DNA from: Eledone cirrhosa
Lineage: Eukaryota
NCBI GenBank assembly: GCA_964016885.1
Contig: OZ024742.1
Coordinates: forward strand, 69,378,001-69,442,000
DNA: 64,000 nt
Direction of reading: 5' to 3'
Part shown: one piece after another, positions 10,701-23,940 of the stretch
How positions within the stretch are numbered: position 1 is the first letter of the stretch
Layout of the letters: each line of letters starts with the position of its first letter
Program-made: the position numbers and the translations under genes
Notes under the pieces: generated by a model
Database searches by the model: none
What the model was told of the DNA's origin: nothing
Seen by the model: only the letters and a program-made list of their open reading frames with translations

Positions 10701-11333
10701 AGATATGATCTGGATGACCCGATACGGTTTGTCCAAGTCTACATTGGCAAATTCGGGAAATCGAATCGGTACCTGTCAGACAGCTCAAAACGCCTGAGCA
10801 GGTTGGTGAGGCTCTTGCACCCTCCTCCCCTATCTGCTAATCCCACAAAGTCACAGCGTGCATCTAAGATCCCGTTCCAGTTGCTCACTAACACTAAAGA
10901 GCGGGACGTTCCAAGAAAGGTCTCCAGATGCCGGAAGAAATCAGGTCGCCCTGCTCCTGTCGGGGCATAGACGGCCACTATCCTGAAAGCTTGTCCGTCT
11001 CCGCTGGTCACGTCCAGCACCACCAACTTACCTTCTGGGTCCAGGAAGATGGCCCGTATGGCAAGATCCAAACCTCTCCGAAAAAGCACAGCAACTCCAC
11101 CCTCTGATCCAGGACGGCTGGAAGATGCGTACACATCGTAGCCGCCGAAGATCGGTGCGAGGGCCCGTGCTTCAGAGATTCTGGTCTCGCTGATGGCCAC
11201 CACATCTATGTTTAGTGACCTGAATTCGTTGAGCAGGTGGCCCTGCTTCCATGACGAGCCCAAGCCACGCGAATTTATGCCGCCTATTCTGAGTGAGGTC
11301 GTGTTGAAAAGGAGTGCAAAAGATGGGAAAGAC
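7782..11333 (-). mobile_element. Tx1-like LINE family A, ORF2 + 3'UTR, degenerate
   Basis: APE (AISETR, VYAP), RT (FRPITLLN, LDQSK.FDRV, SAYADE), CPRC..H..C; 3' end aataaagaaagt abuts the (TAA)n tract; many frameshifts and deletions. Confidence 0.9.
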
Positions 11334-11334
11334 T

Positions 11335-11573
11335 AAAATAACAATAATAATAATAACAACAACAACACCACCATCACCACTACAACTACTACTAACACCA
11401 CCACCATCACCACTACTACTACTAACACCGCCACCAACACCACTACTACTACTACAACAACAATAACAACAACAACTACTACTACGCCACCACCACACCA
11501 CCACTAGTACTACTACTACTACTACTACCATCACACCACCACTAGTACTACTACTACTAACACCACCACCACA

Positions 11574-11622
<49 letters not shown>

Positions 11623-11705
11623 TTACTGCTAACACCACCCCTACTACTGCTACTTCTAATACTACTAATAATACTACTACCACCACTACCACCACCACCA
11701 CCACC

Positions 11706-11742
<37 letters not shown>

Positions 11743-11794
11743 TTACTGCTAACACCACCACTACTACGACTACTGCTACTTCTAATACTACTAA

Positions 11795-11832
<38 letters not shown>

Positions 11833-11873
11833 TTACTGCTAACACCACCACCACCACCACCACCACCACCACT

Positions 11874-11956
<83 letters not shown>

Positions 11957-12040
11957 CATCATCACCTCCACATCCACCACCACTACTCCTACACTCATTT
12001 TGAGTGACACTCCTTCCTGTTCTCAATAACACACCACTCA
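11335..12040. repeat. Low-complexity (CAC/TAC/AAC)n tract
   Basis: Direct reading; source of the spurious poly-S/G and poly-V ORFs. Confidence 0.95.
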
Positions 12041-12313
12041 ATTCATAGAAATTCTAATTTTTTTCAAAATGTCAATGCTAAAAGCTTTCTCATTGTTAAG
12101 CTGGTGTTTGGAACAGTATAATAAAGGTGTTTTTATAACGTTATGATTGAGAATATTTAGATAAAATTAAACACTGAAAAACAATTTTGTATTGGAATTT
12201 CGTATTTCTAAAGAAATGCGGTATGTTTATAAATATACATTTAGAAAGCCATAGTTATGAAAAACATTGGCAGATAACGCCACCAAGTGGTGTTTGGCAG
12301 AAGCAAGGGGGAC

Positions 12314-12359
12314 AATTGTTGATGCATTTCGAACTTAACTGGTTCTCGTCAGGACGATC
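12314..12359 (-). ncRNA. Minimal hammerhead ribozyme motif with degenerate stem I
   Basis: Minus strand gaucguc-CUGACGA-gaac caguuaa guuc-GAAA-ugca-UC-aacaauu: intact core, perfect stem II, palindromic AUGCAU; two C-A mismatches in stem I. Confidence 0.65.
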
Positions 12360-12630
12360 CCTCCCGCTCTTGCAACTGCCGGACTTTGAAAACAAGCGAA
12401 CATATATATAGTTTTTTCGTCTGTGTAAATGAGGTGATTAATCTCATTTGCATATGAAGCTGTATAAGTTGGCTCAACTTAAAATAGAATAGAATTAGTA
12501 TTCTAATTCTATTCCATTTTGTATTGTAGAACCAGTTTCGGGTGGTTTAGTATCAAAACCTATTTCACTGGAAAAGTTAGATTTTAAAATTTAACAAGCG
12601 TAGACTCCGAGCATGATGGATGGATAACAT

Positions 12631-15600
12631 CCATTGAAAGGCTTTCGTCCCCTCGTGTCTGAGAGCACGCACCCTTGCTCTGACAACGCAGCCTTTGTGC
12701 TTTGCATTGAAGAATTGGTCAAGGGCCAATTTCGCCGCAAGTACGTCGGTCGCGATGCCTTTACTAAGCGCCTCTGCTCTATTTTTCTCTATTGCTAAAG
12801 CCTTACTAAACCTGATGGACTCTATTCTAATAGGTATTTTCAGAGAAAACCACCATTTGTTGTTGACGATGGCTCCCGTCAACACCCGCTTAACTAGATC
12901 ACTAATCCCGTCTCTGTAGGCCTTGCGCGCTGTTAATGACACGTTTAGCTTCCAGTAGCCGGGTTCCTGTCTATGGAACCTATCTAAGTCACAGATCACG
13001 AATTTGTGGTCCGTGTATATTGAAATGTGTACAGTCTATACTAGACCTATCTATTTCCCTGCAAGATACCCTATCTAGATATGATCTGGATGACCCGATG
13101 CGCTTTGTCCATGTCCACATTGGCATATGCGGGAAATCCAGATGGTACCTGTCAGACAGTTGAAACCCCATTCCGCTAATCCCGCACAGTCCCAGCGTGC
13201 ATCTAAGATCTCGTTCCATGTTCTATGCTCCTGTCAGGGCATAGACGGCCACTAGCCTCAAAGCTTGCCCGTCTCCGCTGGTCACGTCCAGCACCACCAA
13301 CTTACCTTCTGGGTCCAGGAAAATGACCCGTATGGCGAGATCCAAACCTCTCCGAAAAGCACAGCAACTCTTCCACCCGATCCAGGACGGCTGGGAGATG
13401 CGTACACATCGTAGCCGCCGAAGATCGATGCTAAGGCCCGTGCTTCGCAGATTTGGTCTCGCTGATGGCCACCACATCTATGTTTAGTGACCTGAGGTCG
13501 TTGGGCAGGTGGCCCTGCTTCCATGACGACCCCAGGCCACGCGCATTTATGCTGCCTATTCTGAGTGAGGTCGTGTTGAAAAGGAGTGGACAAAGATGAG
13601 AAAGATCACTTACCTCACTCCTCGTAGGGGAAGTTGGTTTTTACATCTTTCTCACCGCTCGTGGCCTCCTCCGGAAGGATGTCCTTATAAATCCTCCTGG
13701 AGAGTGTTTGTCGGAAGTCTCCGATGTCCTTGGGGAATTTTTGTTGCTAGTGTCGTGTAGGTTTTCTGTGTGATGCGAGTGATTTGTATGTGTGTGGGTA
13801 GTGTGAATTTTTGGGGTGTTGTGTAGGTTTTCTGTGATGCTGGTGTTGTGTTGGATGTATTGCAATAATTGGTTGTTGTTCAAATTTAATTGTTTCTACT
13901 TTTGGTACCAGGCCAGCAATTATCCCAGTGCATTACTGGTATTTTATTTTATCGACCCCGTAAGGATGAAAGTCAAAGTTAACCTCGGCAGGATTTGAAC
14001 TCAGATCATAAAGGGAGTTCATTCTATGCTTCAAAGCATGGAGCCCGACCGTCTACCGATACTGCCAATCCACCGGTTCAAATTTAATGCTGTTTAGTGT
14101 GTATCATTTTGGTTGTTTTGTTTTGTTTGCGTTTGTTGTGGGTTTGTTTCTGCTTCGCTTTTTGGTGACTTTGTGGTGTTGGTGATTATGGTATTGGGGT
14201 TAATGATGGTGATGGTGTTGGTGTTTGTGGTGATGGGGTTGGTGATGCTGGTGTGGATGGTAGCATAGCTGTCCTAACTTTTTTGTTTATTTGTTTATTT
14301 GTTTCCCCCTGCATTTTGTTTTTGGAGAGCGAAGGAAGAGGATTTTTTCTTTTTGGGGTTCTCTTTCTTTTTTTCTTTTTTCCTGATACAGTTTCCCACT
14401 CCTCGTCGTCACAATCTGTCTCCAGTTGCGATATGTAGGGGAGTGGAAAAACCTCCACGGGCGTTGGTTTTGGTTGTGGCGTGGTGGATGGTGATGGCGC
14501 TGGTGCTAATTCTGGCGCGGTGGGTTGTGGTAGTGTTGGTTTTGCTACTGTTGCTGGGGTTGTTGCTGCTACAGTTGTTTTGTTGTCGCTAGTACAGTTG
14601 TTGCTGCCATTTCTGCTGCTGGTTGTGTTGATGGTTGAGTCACTGAGGTGGGTAAGAGAGGTGGCCTCAACTTTTTAGCATGAGGGCAGAAAGCCTTTAG
14701 GTGGGTTCCTTCACCACAGACGACACACCTTCTACCCTCGACGATTACGGTGAGGTGGCCGCCGTCAGTGAGGTCTATCACTACTGGAATTTCCTCAATG
14801 TTTTTTTGGTCAGCTTGGATCAGGGACTCCATCTTAAAACCGGACCAGTTCTCCTGCTTTTCTTTTGTTACTTCAATTATTTTCGTGTTTGCCTCGATGC
14901 CGGCGAGCACGACAGCCATTAGCCAGGGAATTTCGATGGCCGGTGGAACGTGGGTCACCCTGATCTTCACGAGTCTCTGACCACAATAGCTTGGGACGAG
15001 TGTGAAGTCGTCACTTCTTAATGGGGCCATGGAGTGCTTTCTGGCTTCCTGTGGTGTTCCAAAGAACACGTCCACAGTTCCATATTTCTGCCTACGTCTG
15101 ATGTGGGTATTTCTTGCTCACACATGTCCCAAAGCTTTTTCTATCTGGGACTCGGATGCCTGTTCCACTCGGTGTGATTTTGTGTTTATTGTCCGATATG
15201 ACACGGTGCATAGGCGCCGACGCTCCATTTTAAAAGATGGCGGGGTTAGGCTGACCCTGTACCCATCTTTTTTTACCATTCTCTTGGCTTCATTTAATTC
15301 TTCCTGGCTTACCTTGATTGTTTCGCTTTTCTTGGCTGCTTTGGCAAACGACACATTTTGTTTCTGTTGTCGCTGTGGTGGTGGTGTAGGTGACGGCTTT
15401 AACACCTGTAGTTATTGGTAATGGCGGGAAATGAATGCCTGCATGAGACAAATTTAAATTATTGCCACTGCTAATATTTTTAGTGTTGGCAACTGTAGTA
15501 ATATTTACAATGGTGGTGTTGGTGTAAGGTGTTAGTTTGTGAGGAAGGCTGTCGGCTTCGTGTGGCTGTGAGGCGTCCATGTGTTTTTCAAAGAGAATTT

Positions 15601-15768
15601 TTGTTTGATAATTATAAAAGTTTAAATTTTGGGCTCAAGGCCCCAATCTTTTTGAGTGTCCTTTTCAGAAAGCAATATATGTGAACTTATAAACACTAAA
15701 TAACAAACATTTTCCATAACTGGCAATTTGAAACAACTGAAAACAACAAACCTTTGCGGAGCTGACGA
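12631..15768 (-). mobile_element. Tx1-like LINE family A, 5'UTR + ORF1 + APE part of ORF2, 3' end lost
   Basis: Matches 32232-35540 in reverse; ORF1 zinc knuckle CVVCGEGTHLKAFC; GYWKLN; lacks the first ~25 nt. Confidence 0.9.
13891..14075 (-). mobile_element. tRNA-derived SINE inserted in Tx1 ORF1
   Basis: Full-length family sequence; 13-bp TSD gttcaaatttaat at 13878-13890 and 14076-14088. Confidence 0.92.
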
Positions 15769-15793
15769 TAATAATAATAATAATAATAATAAT

Positions 15794-18485
15794 GAAAGAA
15801 TCTGACATGGGGCAACGAGACACCCTCCCTAAGATCCAGAACTCCAAACAGAACCAAAAGATAATACACAAGACTAACATAATTCTCAAAAACATTATCA
15901 TCACAAACAAACTAAACATTACTGATTTAAATCATCTCTATTATGCATCGGCTAAAGTCACCACTCACTTATGTGGAGTGAAGATGAAAAAACAAAGGAA
16001 TTCCCACAAGAAATCTACTTGGCAAGAGAACATCAATCGCCAAATAAACATTCTCCGATCTAACATGGAAATTTTAACAAACTATAAAGTAGGTGAACAT
16101 GTTAAACAAACTAAACTTAGAAAATTGAAAAGAAAGTACAGTATAAAATCAACAAGTGACATAGACATGCTGATAGAAATAATCAAGCAAAAAGTGTCGG
16201 CCAAAGCTGCTCGTATAAGGCGCTTTGAAAAACGATCTAGATTCTATAAGGACAATAATATGTTCAAAAACAACCAAAGAAACTTCTACAGAAAAATTGG
16301 TAAGTCAACAATAACTGCTAAATCAATACCACCCAAGGAGGAAGTGCAAGAATTCTGGGAAAAGATCTGGGCTAAGAAAAAGTTCATAACATACATGCCC
16401 CATGGATAGACAGACAAATGAAAGATACAGCTCACCTTGAGGAACAAATATGGGAAAATATAACAGTTGAACAGTTGCGCTTGGCTCTAAGAAAAACCAG
16501 CAAATGGAAATCCCCAGGAAAAGACAAAATACAAAACTTTTGGATAAATGCCTTCACAGAGTCTCATGAGCTGTTAGCCCAACTTTACAATGAAATAGTT
16601 AAGGAGCCAGAAAAGATACCATCATGGCTAGTTAACGGCATTACATTCCTGCTTCCGAAGAATGATGAGACAAACAATCCCCAAAATTACAGACCGATAA
16701 CTTGCTTGACCACAATGTATAAAATTTTAACATCTGTCCTAACTGAATACACATATGACCACCTGATAACAAATGATCTATTTCCTATTGAGCAGAAAGG
16801 GTGTAAATGAGGCTCATATGGCTGTAAGGATCAGCTTTTGGTTAACAAAATGATACTGGAAGATTGTCATAATAGACACAAAAATCTATCGATTGCTTGG
16901 ATAGATTATAAAAAAGCATTCGATAGTTTGCCACACAGTTGGATTGAAACATGTTTAGAGATTTTCAAAATATCCCCCGTTGTCAGGAGGTTTTTGTCAT
17001 TCAGTATGAAGACATGGAAAACGACACTCCTTTTGAATAGTGAAACAAAATCACTGGAAGCTGGAGAAGTTAATATTAATTGTGGAATTTTTCAGGGTGA
17101 CTCTTTATCACCGCTTTTATTCTGCATCGCACTTATACCATTAAGTAAAATGCTCAATGAAACAAAACATGGATATAAAGTCTATGACAAAACCATTAAT
17201 CACTTGTTCTACATGGATGACCTGAAACTATTTGCAAAAAATGATGAACAATTGCAAGGGCTATTATCCACTGTGGAGCAGTTCAGTGATGACATTAAAA
17301 TGGAGTTTGGACTAGATAAATGCGCCAAAGCAACGTTGAAAACTGCAACAATTGGATTATCTACATATTTAAGGGAATCACATGATTGGATGATCAAACT
17401 CGTTTTGAAACACGAAAGCATCAGAAGATCATATTCCATTACAAAAGATGCACAAAGATACAGTAATGGACTACAAATTTCAGAAGTCCCATTTACTGCT
17501 GAAATGGAAAACACAGAAAAGGCAAAGCAGGTAAAAGTAACTGCAAAGAAAGAACTGCTACAGAAACTGGCTAAGAAATGGCAAGAAAAGCCTCTGTATG
17601 GAAAATACCCAGAGCGAGCTAACAATCCTGATGTTGACAAAACTTTAACCAATCAGTGGTTGGCATCCTCTGGACTGAAATCGGAGACTGAAGGACTGAT
17701 TATATCAGCACAAGATCAGTGTCTGCCAACAAAAAATTACCAAGCCAACATAATAAAAAATGGATGCAGCCCATTATGCCGTGTATGCAAAAAACAACCA
17801 GAGACCATTGACCATATAATTTCAATGTGCAGTCCTATAGCTCCAACCGAATACCTAAACAAGCATGACAGAGCTGCACAATACATACATTGGATAATGT
17901 GTAAGCATTTTGACCTGTCCCATCAAAAGAATTGGTGGGAGCATCAACCACCTCCCATACTTGAAAAAGACCACATCTCAATCTTGTGGAACTTTAGCAT
18001 CCAAACAGACCGAAAAATAGATGCAAATAGACCTGATATAATATTGAAGGACTTTAAAAAGAGGGTATGCCTGCTAATTGATATGTCTGTACCAATAGAC
18101 AAGAATGTATCTATAAAAACATTTGAAAAATTGAGCAAGTATAAGGATCTGGAGATAGAAATTGGAAAAATGTGGAAATTGAGAACTAAAACAATACCAG
18201 TGGTTGTAGGCGCTCTGGGAATGATACCTAAGGGGCTAATGATTACTTATCGCAAATCCCAGGAAACCCGCGTATAGGAGAAATACAAAAGATAGTACTA
18301 ATGGGAACTGCCCATATACTAAGGAAGATTCTGTCAATATAAGTACATCACAAGTCTAAACACTAAAGATGCATGTGTGAGTATGTATGTTCTTTCTTGA
18401 ACATGGCGGACCTTGTTGTCTCTTGAGGTCACTGGTTGTGACTTGGTGATAACTCGTATGAACATAAAGCAAGATAAATGCAACT

Positions 18486-18486
<1 letters not shown>
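15794..18486 (+). mobile_element. R4/Dong-like LINE family A (RT + CCHC + RLE), 5'-truncated, disrupted
   Basis: YRPITCL, FQGDSLSP, FYMDD, CRVC..ETIDHIISMC, (R/K)HD, RPDII..D..EK; (TAA)n on both sides; frameshifts ~16400 and ~18235, stop 16808-16810, in-frame deletion at ~17335. Confidence 0.92.
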
Positions 18487-18516
<30 letters not shown>

Positions 18517-19363
18517 GGAGGAAGAGCAGCCTTAAGGGAAAATCCCTTCATAGTACCTTCTTTGAGAAAACTGAATTTAGAGATCCACAGACATGGAACT
18601 GGTTGAGAAGAGGAGACATCAAAAAGGCTACAGAAGGAATGCTAATGGCTGCGCAGGAGCAGGCCCTCAAAACGAAGTGGTTGAAGCACCATATTTACAA
18701 GGAGGAGGCTAGCCCACTGTGCAGGATCTGTGGAGAGAGAGAGGAGACTGGCTCACATTGTATCCGAGTGTAAACACCTAGCCCAGACCCACTATAAGGG
18801 CTGGAGACATGATGTGATGGGTAGGTTGATCCACTGGCACCTGTGCAAAGTAAACAATTTACCACATTCTGAGAAATGGTATGAGCATAGGCCAGAGGCG
18901 GTGATGGAGAACGATCAGGTGAAGGTGCTGTGGGATTTTAGGATACAGACGGACAAAAAACTGGAACACAATAGACCTGACCTGGTGGTTGTGGATAAAG
19001 AAAAAAGAGCGTGTCTGATTGTGGATGTGGCCTGCCCATTCGACACGAGAGTGCAAGAGAAGGAGAGGGAGAAAATTAACCGATACCAGGACCTAAAGTG
19101 GGAGGTAAAAAGGATTTGGAACTGCCATGAAGTCAAAGTGATCCCGATTGTCATAGGCGCACTGGGGACTATCTCCAAAAGTTTCCAGGGATGGTTAAAG
19201 AAAATCGGCCCCTTCACGCTTTTTGGAACGCTTCAAAAGGCATGCTTGCTGGGAACAGCAAGAGCCCTCCGATACGTCCTGAATATCTGAGGCTGCAGGT
19301 AGTGGCTTGATATTCATTCCAACGGACTTTCCAGTTAACCAACATCAATGACTGAGATTCAAG

Positions 19364-19364
<1 letters not shown>
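18517..19364 (+). mobile_element. R4/Dong-like LINE family B, 3' fragment
   Basis: HIVSEC, RHD, RPDLVVVD..VDVACP..EK and 3'UTR; (TAA)n on both sides. Confidence 0.92.
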
Positions 19365-19430
<66 letters not shown>

Positions 19431-19436
<6 letters not shown>

Positions 19437-22048
19437 CATAGGCACTAAAAATAGACTGGAAATAAAATACAAAACTAGGAGTAAAAAGCTAAACATTATC
19501 ATAGAGGAATTGAAGCAACGCATTGTAGCAAAGAGTGCCAAAATCAGGCGATACGAGAACAGAGTCAGTCAGTATAAACAGAACCGCATGTTCGACAACA
19601 ACCAGAAGATGCTGTTTGGACAGCTTGAGGGGAAAGAAAGAGGCACCGACTTGATCCCTGGGGCGGAACAAGCTAAAACATTCTGGAGAGGAATATGGGA
19701 GCAGGATGTTAGACACAATGCCCAGGCAGGGTGGATTGAGACAGTACAGAGGGAGATCGGTGAGCAGGCACAGCAACAGACTGATTTGAGTATCACAGTT
19801 GAAACTCTTAAGGGGCAAGCCAAAAAACTAACCAACTGGAAATCACCAGGCCCAGATGGTGTGCAGGGGTATTGGATTAAACATTTAACATCCCTCCACC
19901 CGAAGCTGACGGCCATGTTCAATGACTGCTTGGTGTCGGGTGAGGTGCCAGAGTGGTTGACAAAAGGTACCACAGTTCTGATAATGAAAGACCGAATCAA
20001 GGGTAATGATGTTACCAACTATAGACCTATCACATGTCTGCCCGTAATGTGGAAACTGTTGACGAGCATTGTGTCTGAGGAAATCTACCATCACCTCCAC
20101 ACAAACAACTTGTTGCCGGACGAACAGAAAGGATGCCGAAAGAAGTCACGTGGTACAAAGGACCAGTTGCTTATTGATAAGATGGTAATGGGGAATTGCA
20201 GGAGGAGACACACTGATCTTGCCATGGGATGGATAGACTACAGAAAGGCATTTGACATGGTGCCTCATTCCTGGATCACCAAAAGCCTGGAGATCTTCAG
20301 GGTGGCAGATAACATCAGACAGTTGCTAGGCAGGAGTATGGGGTCCTGGGAGACAGAGTTGACATCAACTGGAGTATCCTTGGGAAGCGTGAAAATCAAG
20401 AGAGGTATCTTCCAGGGAGATAGCCTGTCGCCTCTGTTGTTTGTCCTTGCCCTGATGCCCTTGACCATTATGCTGCGAAAAGTGAGAGCAGGATACAAGT
20501 TGGGAAGGGGAGAGCTTACCATCAATCACCTCCTCTTCATGGACGATCTTAAGCTCTTCGGGAAAAGTGAGAAGGAGTTGGATGTGCTTGTTGACACTGT
20601 CCGTATTTTCAGCAGTGATATATGTATGCAGTTTGGTATTGGTAAATGTGGAGTCATTGTGATGAGGAGGGGTAGGTTGAGCAGAAGTAACGGGATCCAG
20701 ATACCAACAGGTGAGATGATAAAGGAAATTGACTCTGAGGAAGGATACAAGTATTTGGGCGTTCTGGAGGCTGATGGCATAAAGAACAAAAAAATGAAGG
20801 AATTGTTAAGAACTGAATACATTCGGAGAGTAAGGAGCGTATTGAAGTCACATCTGAACAGCAGAAATGCCATAAGCGCAGTAAATTCCCGAGCTGTGTC
20901 TATTATTAGGTACAGTGCGGGAATTCTGAGATGGAATGTTGCTGAACAAAAAGAAATGGATAGGAAGACTAGGAAGCTATTGACTATCTACAACATGTTC
21001 CACAAGAGGAGTGATGTCGATAGACTCTACCTAAGGAGATCTGAGGGTGGAAGAGGTCTTATCAGCATAGAGGACTGTGTTCAGATGGAGAAAAACAACC
21101 TATACAAATACGTGACCTATAGTAAGGAGCCAATGCTCAGAGCTGTACTGAAGGAGGGGACAGTAGGCCAGGGGATACCCAAGGAGGAAATAACATCAAG
21201 GAGGAAGAGCAGCCTTAAGGGAAAATCCCTTCATAGTACCTTCTTTGAGAAAACTGAATTTAGAGATCCACAGACATGGAACTGGTTGAGAAGAGGAGAC
21301 CTCAAAAAGGCTACAGAAGGAATGCTAATGGCTGCGCAGGAGCAGGCCCTCAAAACGAAGTGGTTGAAGCACCATATCTACAAGGAGGAGGCTAGCCCAC
21401 TGTGCAGGATCTGTGGAGAGAGAGAGGAGACTGTGGCTCACATTGTGTCCGAGTGTAAACACCTAGCCCAGACCCACTATAAGGGCTGGAGACACGATGT
21501 GATGGGCAGGGTGATCCACTGGCACCTGTGCAAAGTAAACAATCTACCACATTCTGAGAAATGGTATGAGCATAGGCCAGAGGCGGTGATGGAGAACAGT
21601 CAGGTGAAGGTGCTGTGGGATTTTAGGATACAGACGGACAAAAAACTGGAACACAATAGACCTGACCTGGTGGTTGTGGACAAAGAAAAAAGATCGTGCC
21701 TGATTGTGGATGTGGCCTGCCCGTTCGACACGAGAGTGCAAGAGAAGGAGAGGGAGAAAATTAACCGATACCAGGACCTAAAGTGGGAGGTGAAAAGGAT
21801 TTGGAACTGCCATGAAGTCAAAGTGATCCCGATTGTGATAGGCGCACTGGGGACTATCTCCAAAGGTTTCCAGAGATGGTTAAAGAAAATCGGCCCCTTC
21901 ACGCTTTTTGGAACGCTTCAAAAGCATGCTTGCTTGGAACGGCAAGAACCCTCCGATACGTCCTGAATATCTGAGGCTGCAGGTAGTGGCTTGATATTCA
22001 ATCCAACGGACTTTCCAGTTAACCAACATCAATGACTGAGATTCAAGG
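19431..22048 (+). mobile_element. R4/Dong-like LINE family B, 5'-truncated, near-intact RT-RLE ORF
   Basis: About 830 uninterrupted codons: SPGPDG, YRPITCL, FQGDSLSP, FMDD, YKYLG, CRIC..H..C, RPD..D..K; only a 1-nt deletion near 21923 alters the C-terminus. Confidence 0.95.
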
Positions 22049-22075
22049 AATAACAATAACAATAATAATAATAAT

Positions 22076-23490
22076 GATTTCTATATTGGCCACAAGGGCT
22101 GACATCAAGAAAAACATTACAGGCGGCACAGGACGGTACGATGTGGGTTTTGTGCGTGTAAAGATTTTTATTATTTATATAAGAAAAGAAAAAAAAAGAC
22201 AGAAACATATATATATATATATATAAACAATAAAAATGAAAATTGAAACAATTAAAAATTCCCCAATAGGGGGGAAACCTCCGAGGGTTACTCGTGGTGA
22301 AAACCACACAAAAGACGACGGCCACCCTGACCATCAGGGAAAGCGCCTACTCTCAATTTTTCAATTTCTCAAACTACAGGGGTATACTCAGAGCGGTCCC
22401 GTTCACTCGGACCATTCTCGCTACATTCACCCTCCTTTCAACTAACTTGCTAGAAGGCAGCACTTGCCTCTCCACCCTGGTTTTCCTCTTCAAGTGAAAC
22501 TTGAAAAAGTTAATTAGGGATTCGCCGAAGAGTAAAGTGTCTGTCTTTAACCCTTTCAACATTGTCCACCACATAATCTCTTTCGCCATGGCCCACCAGG
22601 CAGATGAAAACCGCCTGTCCTTCTTCCTCGAAGGAGAACGGCGAGAACATCTACACAATGGACTCAGTCGATAACCGGATCAGTCCTACACGCGACAGCA
22701 ACTGTTCGACATAGCTCCACAAGTCAGCAATGCTCGGGCACTGAACGAGTGCGTGCACGACGGTTTCGTCGCTCTGCGCGCATCTCGAACAGACTCGGCT
22801 GACGGTACTTCCGTGCCTGTAGAGATTATCCCGAACCGGCAACACTCCCTGGTAGCACTGCCAGGCCAGGGATTTTCGGAAGTTATCCATAGGCCCTGGG
22901 CTGAAAGTTCTCCGGAAGAGAACTAACAGCTGATCTTCGACGCCCAGGATCTCCCCGAGAACATCGTCGCTCTTCCCCTCTACTACTCCTCTATAGAACG
23001 CCGAGGTGGATGTTCCACCGATACTGATGCACAGCTGGCAGAGGTCGGTGAGCGCCTGGAGACATTCCAGTTTCCAAGCGCTATCCCTCGGTCTTTTCCT
23101 GACGCAGGACTGCAGCTCCGTCAAAGAGACGAGCTGTGGGAAAACGTGCCTGGCGAACCGCGACCACACCTGTTCACCGTCAAGGAAGCACCAGAGATGT
23201 CGCAGCCTCAGCGCATTTTTGCGGATCATCAGCCATGGCATGTCCAGTCCTCCACGCAATGGGTGTTGACAGCAGATGGATCGTCTGACAATGGGAGCGC
23301 GTCCCTTCCACAAAAAGGGGAAGCGGAGGTGCTCCATTTTGGTGAGAGTTGGGCCGAGGCAAGGGACGACGGTGAGGCGGTAGCAGATGACGGATGCGAT
23401 GTACGCATTCGCCACCTCCGTCCGGCCTTTAAAGGACAGCTTCTTCTCGGCCCATTTCTGGGTGAGGGAGGCCACTCTGCTCGTCACCTT
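22076..23490 (-). mobile_element. Tx1-like LINE family B, 3' fragment
   Basis: ORF 22651-23487 (RGGLDMPW, C..C..H..C); 3'UTR ending cccttgtggccaatatagaaatc + (ATT)n, tail-to-tail with the Dong copy. Confidence 0.9.
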
Positions 23491-23494
23491 GCTC

Positions 23495-23940
23495 GGTCAG
23501 AAGCAACGGAATCCGTGTACCAACGGGTGTGATGATAAAAGAGATCGACACCGAAGAGAGATACAGGTATTTGTATGTTCTGGAAGTAGATGGCATCAAG
23601 AACAATAAAACGAAGGAGGTGATAACATCTGAATAGGAGAGTAAGGAACATACTAAAATCACATCTAAATAGTAGGAATGTCATAAGTGCAATAAATTCC
23701 CGAGCCGTGTCTATTATTAGGTACAGTGTGGGAATTCTCAAATGGAATGTTACTGAACAAAAAGAAATGGATAGAAAGACTAGGAAGATAATGACTACCG
23801 GCAGCATGTTCCACAAGAGGAGTGATGTTGATAGACTCTACTTAAAGAGATCTGAAGTAGGAAGAAGTCTTATCAGCGTAGAGGACTGTGTTCAGATGGA
23901 GAAGAGCAGTCTACACAAATATGTGTCTGAGTGTAAGGAG
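23495..23940 (+). mobile_element. Dong-like family B-related internal fragment (diverged)
   Basis: SIIRYSVGILKWNVTEQKEMDRKTRK..HKRSDVDRLYL, homologous to ~20690-21130. Confidence 0.85.

Noticed and set aside
11172-12041. 289-aa Ser/Gly-rich and 159-aa poly-Val ORFs
   Set aside because: Stop-free frames of a CAC/TAC low-complexity tract
15768-22075. CRISPR-like repeat-spacer or telomeric retrotransposon array
   Set aside because: Repeats are variable-length TAA microsatellites separating kb-size LINEs; no cas genes and no TTAGGG repeats
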